A stretch of 32,000 nt of DNA, taken from Wallemia ichthyophaga EXF-994. Taxonomy: Eukaryota > Fungi > Basidiomycota. Where the stretch lies: contig NW_008806279.1 of assembly GCF_000400465.1 (NCBI RefSeq), positions 1-32,000 of the forward strand, written 5' to 3'. The translations under genes and the position numbers were made by a program. This document shows positions 20,142-28,816 of this stretch, in pieces; position 1 is the first letter of the stretch, and each line of letters opens with the position of its first letter. The notes under the pieces were generated by a model that did no database searches, was not told where the DNA came from, and saw only the letters and a list, made by a program, of their open reading frames with translations.

Positions 20142-23100
20142 TTAAACACTCTCGGAATTTATTTGCTTGAGTAGATCGATATACTCTTGCCCAAGCTTCG
20201 ATAGCGCTTTCCCCTTTGCTAATATACTTGCGAATTCCTTTACAAGGTCCCGCTTCTTGTAGCCGAGTACCGTCGGAATAAAGTCTTCTCCTCGGCTGTA
20301 GTGGTAGGTGAGTACTTATTACTTTATCCGATCTTTCTACTCACTTGAATATTGGACCCATGTACTCTTTTATTATTTCTTCCGCTTTTCCTCTGAATCC
20401 ATCCTCAGACAGCCTGCGGGCATATCCTAGCATGGAGTTCCTGAATTCTCCCGGTGACTCGAGCAATATAGCCGCATGTAGGCGTGTTTCAAAGTGACTG
20501 TACGTAATAACACTCTCTTCCTCCTCCCTTTCTTCATTATTGAGGTTCATTTCTTGATTAAGTTTTTCATCGACCACCATCTCATTGAGTATGATTTCAA
20601 TCTGTGTGATTGGGTTTGTTTGTAGTTGTTGGTAGTGATGTTGCGATTGAGTGCTCTGTGCAGATGAAGATGAATGTCGATGTCTGCCTCGTTTATCCCA
20701 TGCATCCGATTTAGCGTATTTGATTGTACTAACGAGTATCCATGTTTTGAGATTCTTGTAGTCGTAAGCATGTGCTGTGCCGTTGGATAACACCAGTACT
20801 GGTACACCATTAGAACGTAGCTGTACAGTCTTGATTGCCTCATCTGCACCGAGAAGGGGTGCTATACTTGTGTTATCTATTAAACTTTTTCGCTGCCTCG
20901 TGCAATACTCATACATATTCGCTGAACATGTTATTGCAAACAGCTTGCTACCTTCTGCTTCTAAAATTGAGCAGGGCGCATCAAGTGTAATATCAGGTAG
21001 TAACTTGCGTCCTGAGAAAGTGTACACTCTTAAAGTTCCATTTTCCATGCTCACACCCACAAAACCATCCCCGACAGCAACATTAACCACCCTGCAAGGT
21101 ACGTAGTCGACCCACAAAACCTTACCACTATCCTTAGTATGACTATCGCTGCGCTTGCTTAACATGAAAATCTCGGTACGATTTTGTTCGCGTCGTCTTT
21201 CTTTTTCTGTATCATTACCTTCTTCAACCATATCCATGTCAACTTGACCGCCTGCATTCCTCACTTCCACCCTGTCCAACTCTTTATTCCCGACAGTAGC
21301 AGCGCCCATGAACTGATGGAAAAGGCTCGATTTGATAGTCGGCGCGGCAATAGTTACGTCTTTCGTAGTATGCTCTATAACCCCTATATCCCTAGATTCG
21401 CCAATTGATTTCCTCTTTACACCATGTCCCAATGTACGAGCTTTAACGTTTTTGTAAATTAGCGCAGCTGGAATGTTTGATATCTTTACGCGACTTGGAT
21501 CTGTCTCTTGTATTTCCATGGGAGTGTCGTTGTCATTCTCACCATCCTCATCACCCCCACTACTTTCTTCTTTCGGGTCATTTACATACGGTAGCCAGTA
21601 CCCAACAACATTTGGATTCTGAGGATGTGGTAGTGTCATCGGCATGAGTAGGTCTGAAGGTAAATGTGGAGGGTTGAAAGTTTGGGCTGGTATGCTGTTG
21701 GGGTAGTATGATGGTTGGGTTGGGTATGCAGATGTATTTGAAGTGGGTGGGTTAAATGGGTTCGTATGGCTTGGTGCAGATGCAGTTGCAGATGTGGATG
21801 CTTGGAATGGTGAGACTCCTGGCAAAGATTCAACAAGCGTGGGTGCTATTCTCTTTTTATTCGACATCTCCACAGCTGTTGGGGCTGGTCTCTTGTTATC
21901 CATCAGTTTCTCCAAATGAGATGGTTCTTTTTGGAGAACAGGACGTGGCTGCGCGACTGGCACAATTGGGTGTACTGGCGGTACTGGCTTCTCGTACATG
22001 GAGAGAATATTGTTAACTTCCTGTGTAGCTGCCGCCTGACCTAGTTCAGCTTCAGTGAAGGAGAGTGCCACAATACTACCGTCTGCTGAACAACAGTAAA
22101 GTGTAAGGCCATCTCTAGACCAACTAAGATCGAGAACTTGGCGATTGAATAGATCTTTGATAACAACGAGTGGTTTCGAGGTGTTGATTTTCCACACCGA
22201 CACCACCGAATCAGTAGAACCTGTTGCACAAATGTTGAAAAAGGAGCCCTGACTGTCTTTGTACATGCGTGGGTTGTATGCGGTGCACAAAACGCTGTTT
22301 TCGTGACCAACGAGTTTCATTTGAGATGACCAGTCTTCGCGTTCTACCACGGCAGCAACAAAGACGCTATCCACGATGGCATTAGCGCAAATAATACTGG
22401 CACCGTCAGGAGACCACCTTTGAGAGGAGGGTAAGAAATATGATAATAGGCGTTAAGAAAGTAAATACTCACGATAAACGCCTGACAAAAGCTCTTGGAG
22501 ATTCAATGAAAGGTTCAGTAATGCAAGCTTGCAAACCCCAATCAGCAGTTCTCCAAATCTTTAGACTGCGATCATCAGATGCAGTTGCAAGGTAGTGACC
22601 AGCAGGATCGAAACTAACGCCTTTGATAGAGCTATCATGGCCAGATATTTTGATAATTCGGTCGAAAGTGCGGGTATCATGAACCATGAAGCAACCATCC
22701 ATGGCCACACTGGCGAGATAGATGTCGTCCTTTGACCACGCGATTTCAGTTACATCTATGTGCGTTTTTGTGGGAAAGGAATGACGAAGAAAGGAAGAAA
22801 CGCACCACTATCATGACCGCTGAGTACTCTCTCAGCTCTCCAGCCCTCAATATTAACTTCAGTACTGCCAAAGACCTTTCCACCGCCATTTGGATCGATT
22901 GCCCAGATAATGATAGCGCGGTCATCGGAAGCAGAAGCGAGATACCTGCCAGAGTTACTCCATCTAATAGAAAGTACGGGGCCTGTTGATTGAGCTGTTT
23001 AGGTGGTTTATATGACTGTGCACTCAAAACACACCTGAATGCTGATCCAGTGTTGATAGCTGCTTCGGTACTCTATCACTACAGGCCAATTTCTCATTCC

Positions 23101-23310
23101 TAATTGGAGCTGTCGTCCATACTCTAATTATCGCGTCAATTCCACCTGTGGCTAGTCTGCTGCCGTCTGGGTGGACATCGAGGGTGAAAATTGGCTGTCG
23201 TTTCTTACGGTCGTGGTCGCCGACTTATAGTTTTTGAATTAGATTAATTTCATTAATTCAACAGTTCACGAACCCTCATGCACTGTCCAGCCTGGACGCG
23301 TTAATTTCAT
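20142..23310 (-). CDS. HIR1: Histone chaperone Hir1/HIRA, about 970 aa; introns 23273-23224, 23034-22983, 22805-22756, 22472-22418, 20344-20296
   Basis: IFTLDVHPDGSRLATGG, RYLASASDD, FVRRLSWSPDG, LVGHEN, B-domain KKRIAPTLV, and the C-terminal HFETRLHAAILLESPGEFR..RGKAEEI. Confidence 0.95.
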
Positions 23311-23432
23311 TGATTTGTGATGGCTGTGGTGGACAAAGACATAACGTATATTATGAATAAAATAAATGAAATTATTATTTAATGAGTAGACAATGTATTA
23401 AGTAATTCTAGTTTGGCAGTTTTTGTATGCGT

Positions 23433-24597
23433 TTAGAGTATCTTTGAGATACGGTTCTTCAGCTTCTTGAATGTACCCGTCTTCTCCTTGGTTTGGGCTT
23501 CTTTGTTGTCTTGAGCAGGATTTTCTTGTTTGCTATCTTCAACTGGTTTGTCTTGCTTTTCATCTGAAGCAGCTTTGTCTTGCTTCTCTTTTGAAGCTTC
23601 CTGCTTTGGTTCCTCGTTGGCTGACTTGTTTTGCTCATTTGTAACACCTTCTTCTCTCTTTTCTGCAGATTTGACAGCACCCTCAGTACCTGCTGCAGCG
23701 GCAGGATCACCTGCCTTTCTAGCGGCTAACCTAGTTAAAAGTGGTTAGATGCATGAAACTTTTCAAAGACAACCTCGACAACCTCGACAACCTCAAAAGA
23801 CGGACGATAAAGGATCAAAAGTCTAAAATATCGACTAAAGTGGCTTGGAATGGACACAAAAAAGGGTTCAATTTCATTCATTTCGATTCTTTACGCGTCT
23901 TTGAAGTCATCATATACGTCGAAAAACTTACTTTTCAGCACCGATGCCGAATTGGTTGGTGACCGATCCAAAGTGTTTACCGTGGATCTGTGAGGGGAGT
24001 GTGAGATTTGACAAAAAGACAAAGAAATTATAAACTAACTCTTGCAACTTCATGTTCCTCTGCTGAAGGTAATCTAGAACCATCACCACCAGCGATAGTA
24101 GAAGCACCCCAAGCAGAACCACCGTTAACGTCGAGTTGGAAGAGGTTTGGAGCAATGTAACCAGTTGGAACGTAGATCATACCATGGTGAGCAGCAAAGC
24201 TGATGTTGTTGGTGTGGGTGATTTCTTGACCACCGTGAACGGTAGCAGTGGAAATGTAGAAAGAACAAGTCTTCTTAGAGAGAGCACCTTTAGCCCAAAG
24301 ACCACCAGTTCTGTCAACAAGGGTTGAGACTTGTGCAGGGCGACCACCGTATCTTGTTGGGAAACCAAAAATGAGACCATCGTATTCAGCGAGCTTGTTT
24401 ACATCTTCTAAGAGGGGAATATCAGAACGCAAGTCCTTTGGAGCGCCCATTTTGTTGAGAGCGTCGATTGAAAGAGTCTCAGGGATTCTAAAGCGATCAA
24501 CTTGGACACCAGATTCGATGAGACCTTTGTTGATGGAGTCACCGAGGGTGTAAATGTGTCCATATGTTGAGTATTCTACTTGAGCGACTTTAACCAT
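23433..24597 (-). CDS. Flavodoxin-like NAD(P)H:quinone oxidoreductase (WrbA/Pst2/Ycp4 family); long form 303 aa (exons 24597-24040, 23987-23932, 23730-23433), or 205 aa if the second intron is retained
   Basis: YSTYGH, FGFPTRYG, STATVHGGQE, HHGMIYVP and GGSAWGASTIAGGDGSRLPS motifs. Intron 1 is 24039-23988; intron 2 is 23931-23731 (201 nt) and joins an in-frame acidic tail ending KKLKNRISKIL*. Confidence 0.9.
23768..23794. repeat. 9-bp tandem repeat GACAACCTC x3 inside the 201-nt intron
   Basis: Three exact adjacent copies. Confidence 0.9.
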
Positions 24598-24719
24598 ATT
24601 TGAGTTGGCGGTGTTGATGAAAAACCTAAATGTCAATGCACGCGTCTTAAATAATTCAAGATGACGAATACATGTAATTTATATTTGAAGTATTTGTAAA
24701 ATAAATTTAAAATTTATAA

Positions 24720-25175
24720 TCAGCTACAACGTACCATGGCTTCTCCACTAAGATTCCTTCTAGCTGCATCCCTAGCCTCAAGCCATCCGTGTCCGTGTGT
24801 CTTGAGATAACCAATTTCACCCAGCTTTAGACCACTGACGCCCTTGATCCTTGCACCATTCACCCACCTTTTAACCTCAGCCTTCTCCATCCACACTCTC
24901 TTTGATGGCTTTGAAATAACACTCATGCTATGCAAAACTGGTCGATTCGATCTGTACTTGAGTTCAAGCCATATACGTCTATGCTGCTCATCTGTGCCTA
25001 AAAAAGTACTTGGATTGTTCGACGCTGGGCTCCCAAGCGTTACATTCGTAATCATTCCTTGGTCCAATAGAAGTCGGGAGAGGTGGAAGTTTTGCGTCGT
25101 GTACTGTAATGGTACCTTGGGTATTGCCGCACGTGATGCATTTTGTATTATTGAGCAAGTATTATGAGGAAGCAT
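24720..25175 (-). CDS. MRPS8: Mitochondrial small-subunit ribosomal protein uS8m, 151 aa, intronless
   Basis: CSIIQNASRA, IWLELKYRSNRPVL..ISKPSKRVW, GEIGYLKT..EARDAARRNLSGE match the S8 family pattern. Confidence 0.88.
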   Translation of the reverse strand: MLPHNTCSIIQNASRAAIPKVPLQYTTQNFHLSRLLLDQGMITNVTLGSPASNNPSTFLGTDEQHRRIWLELKYRSNRPVLHSMSVISKPSKRVWMEKAEVKRWVNGARIKGVSGLKLGEIGYLKTHGHGWLEARDAARRNLSGEAMVRCS

Positions 25176-25223
25176 ATTTGGTGGTGACGGTGAAGACGAT
25201 GATGCGAATATGTAAATACCTCT

Positions 25224-27099
25224 TCAATTTCTATTTACAATACCTTCTACCTTCTCCACTAACACTCTAGCCTTGTGGCTATCGTCCAAAACCTCGTTAA
25301 GACGCAGTACTTTGGTTGTGTCTTGGAGGTTCACTTGGGTGCGCAGCGTCCCTTGATATTCCGGTATATTTATCATGCAATTCGATAGAATGCACGATGT
25401 AAGCGTGCACAGTACCACTTTGTCCGACATTTCTCCCACGTCAGTCTCATTGTTTAGTTGCGAGTGATTCATGTTGAATATTTGTGCGATAGTGTCATCT
25501 GATATGAGTGTCAAGTGTGTTCGGAGTATTTAGACACCTATCTCACCTTTTGTAATCTCCTTAAACACATCAGCGATACCGGCAACACCCTTACCCACTT
25601 CACCCCCCAACTCTATCAAATTCATCAACAATCCAAGCAGCAATGTGATAATTGCCGTGTGCTCTTCTGTGTTTCTTTGTGAGAGGTATCGTGAGAGGTG
25701 CGTGAGAGTATCGCGTGCCACACCTCCCGTCACAAAGACATGTCTCGCTAACTCCCTCCTCTCGACACTCAACGTAACCATCGCTCTCGTTGTACTTTTG
25801 ATGTAATCCCTGCTGCAGGTCTTTTCATCCTGCGCTGCCATCCACCCGAAAACCACAGCCAGTTTCTTCAACATGGCAAACGATGCGGCGTCTGCGGATC
25901 TTTCAACGACTTTCATCAGACGCATTATGTATGACACCTCCTGTGAGATGTTATTGTGAGTGAATTGGATGATTAGACTTGCAACTATCATCACCCACCT
26001 CAACTACCACTCTGGTTCTATCAAAAGCATCCAAAGCGACGTGGACAACATCCGCATAATCCTGCAGTGCAACATACTCACCAATCCCATCAACGGCATG
26101 CAAGAGGAGTCTAGGCACTGTGATTTCACCATTCGATTCCATCTCGAACGCGCTCTCAGCAGCTGCCTTGACCTCCCTCAACAGTGGTCGTTCAGATCGG
26201 GACAGAAACCTATCGCTCATTCTAAACACGTCGCTTGAGTTGTTGTTGTGGTAGAGGCTCCTAATCGAGCTACAGAATGACGGAGAGAGTGAGGCCAATG
26301 GAGAAGCAGTATGAGAATTAGAGTGAGCGAGGTGAGCGATAATGATAGCCGCTATAGCGTCAAATATCGCGTCTCCATTACCCATATACCGCGTTACACC
26401 CATCCACACCCTATCCAGGCACTCTTCGCTATCGACTAGCCACCTCTTCCAGTCGTGGTTGGATAATTTCTGCGATACACTCAAACCCGATGAGCGTCGT
26501 ATAGTGGGTGATTCTCCGATAAAGCCGTCGCAGATATAAGATAACTCCTCTTCATTTCGTTTGCTCACACCTGTAGAACGGAGCTGGGAGAATGATTTAT
26601 GCGTGCTTGAAGGCTCCTCGTCGTCCTCGTCATCACTGTCATCCACTCCCCACTTCTTCCGCATCTCCCCATATCCCTCTCCAGCAGCCTCGTCAATAGG
26701 CGCGTCATTCCGGTAGCTGCGTACTTTGGCATACGTGCGTTTGGAGAGCGTGGAGGCGCCGGACTGAGAGCGTTCCTGTGATATTTCTGTTTCTGCTTCT
26801 ACAGGGGTAATTTCGCTGTTTGGAATTGCCTTGTCGTCACTGCTGTCATCGCAGTAATCGCAGTCTTCATCAATAGCTGGTATGATTGGGGTATCGCTAA
26901 GCGTGTGGTTATCATTCAAATCACCCATCGATTCTGTCCTTGTTTGCATCTTTGATCGTATTTTGGAGGTGGATGGTGATGCAGTCGCTGTAGACGCGTT
27001 CACTGTAGACACTGCTTCACTCCCCTTTTCCAACCTCCTCCGCCTATCCTTGTAGCTATTCGCTGATGTATATTTTCTCTTGAAAACCGCGTCCGACAT
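25224..27099 (-). CDS. WPL1: Wings-apart-like cohesin release factor (Wapl/Wpl1), about 589 aa; introns 25998-25941, 25546-25499
   Basis: Disordered N-terminus with KRTYAKVRSY. The domain start HKSFSQLRSTGVSKRNEEELSYICDGF..TIRRSSGLSVSQKL matches the WAPL-domain N-terminal pattern; also LLLGLLMNLIE in the C-terminal region. The sequence is divergent, so the call rests on recalled motifs. Confidence 0.75.
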
Positions 27100-27127
27100 G
27101 ATGGCTGATGGCTGATAGCTGATGGCT
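27100..27127. repeat. 7-bp tandem repeat GATGGCT/GATAGCT x4 directly upstream of the WAPL ATG
   Basis: GATGGCT GATGGCT GATAGCT GATGGCT abutting the start codon. Confidence 0.8.
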
Positions 27128-27172
27128 GTGATGATAACAATATTTCTATCAATTTGACTATTTACAATCATT

Positions 27173-28641
27173 TTAGTACCTCGACTGCCTCTTAGCGTTA
27201 CGATGGAACCTCGCAAGTCTCTGCTGTTCATTCTTCAGTGCTCTCTCGCGTTTCTCGCGATCCATCGCAGAGACAGTTGGGTTCTTCTGACGTTCTTCGC
27301 TCTCCTTCTCTTCCGCCATTTCACCCACATTCTCCGCTTTCTCATACAGACCTTTATCGCTTCTCTCAGCCTCGTGTGTTTGACGAATAAGTCTTTCTCT
27401 GTTGAGTTTCTCTTGTGCGCGCGCTGCCTCCTGCATCGGCTTCTTCTTCTCTTCAAATTCCTCCCTGAAAGTGTTGTATGACGATTTGACACTTTCCAAG
27501 AAACCTGGCTGCTTCTGATTGCTGTCAGCGTACTGTTGTGGGAAGTTACGCTTGTTGTTCTCTGCAATCACATCCAATGATGGCAGCCCCATGCTGTTTC
27601 TCACCCTGGTTGAGCTGAGGAGGTAGGATTGGGCGAGTGAGAATGAGTTAGTGGTGCACCAGTAGATGAATACCGCCTATTTCGTTTGTTAGCAACGTCG
27701 TCTAATTGAATTACACTCACACTTGGCATCTGCAGCCACCACGCCATAGGAACGATAATAAACGAACCAATCTGGAAGAAAGGTTTCATTTTCTGTGCTT
27801 GCGGGGACTGCACACTACCGCTCCCATCAGGACCCATACTGATACTCTTGAACATGAGAGAAGATGAGATAATAGGCAGTATGCACGTATAATCGGGGAT
27901 AGTGAGATTCTGCACCCAACCGAAACCACCTTCTGCGAGCTGCTTGACTGGTAATCTAGCCATATCGTCTAGACCAAAGTAAAAAGCGATGAAGAGGGGC
28001 ATCTGAATAAGTGGTAAGACTAATCCACGCAGAGGTTTAAGGTTCTTCTCTTTCATGAACATCCTCATCTCCTGTCCGAGTACAGCCGCGTCTTGGTCTT
28101 TACCAGCCTTCTTTGCGGCAGTCATTGAGTTGATCTTGGATTGCATTTCTGGCTGGTGGACTGCCATGCGAGATGTGTGTATGAGGCTGTTGCGCAAGAG
28201 TGGGAACAGCGCCATTCTGAGTGATACTGTCGTCACTGCGATCGTCGCCCACCAAGGCAAACCAGTGGAAACGTGAACAGCTTCCAACGCTTGCTGGACA
28301 AAGCCATACCACTTGTTGCATAGCCCGAGTTCTGCGAGATCGCCATATTTGAGTGGCTCAGTAGTGCTCTCAACGATGTTTTGCAGATGTGCGGGTGCTT
28401 CTGGTGATGGTGCTCCTGCTGGTGGTGATGGTGCCGCTGCTACTGCTTCTGGTGACGCCGTCGATGCTGCTGGCGGATCGTTGAGTACATTCACTGGCGC
28501 TGAAGATGGCTCTGGCTTATTGCTCTCCGTAATAAACGTCCTGTACTGGCTGAGATGGATCTGCTTCTGCAGTTGCACATATCTCGACCCCCCGTTGATT
28601 CGCCCAAATCGACTAGCACCGTACACTCCCCTTGCGATCAT
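27173..28641 (-). CDS. OXA1: Mitochondrial inner-membrane insertase Oxa1 (YidC family), 474 aa; intron 27720-27677
   Basis: HVSTGLPWWATI..LRMALFPL, PLIQMPLFIAFYFGL, WVQNLTIPD. Splicing gives PSAVFIYWCTTNSFSLAQ and joins ORF 27173-27604 as a long charged C-terminal tail, which indicates Oxa1 rather than Cox18. The first ATG is at 28641 (the ORF track starts at TTG). Confidence 0.92.
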
Positions 28642-28816
28642 CAACGTTTGGAACAAGAATCAAGAATATTTATTTGCACTCAATGCGACTCGAACGCTCC
28701 TCCCGAATCTGCATTTAAATTTTTCACTCGCCTCGTCCACTTCCCGTTGAGCCATCGAGCGACAAGGCTTTTCTGTCCACCTAAAAAATCACCCAACCCA
28801 TCTTTGACACTGAACA

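Noticed and set aside
23768-23794. Short direct repeats as a CRISPR-like or mobile-element signature
   Set aside because: Adjacent 9-bp units with no spacers, in a eukaryotic intron; no transposase, TIR or LTR anywhere in the window.
23731-23931. Box C/D snoRNA in the 201-nt intron (ATGATGA box C at 23913-23907)
   Set aside because: There is no CTGA box D on that strand within the intron, and I could not recognise an rRNA or snRNA guide. A snoscan/Infernal search would settle it.
27100-27231. Longer WAPL N-terminus from the ATG at 27231
   Set aside because: That ATG lies inside the OXA1 CDS in another frame; 27099 is the more plausible start.
27173-27604. Apparent standalone 143-aa gene
   Set aside because: It begins at GTG and splices in frame to OXA1 as its C-terminal tail.
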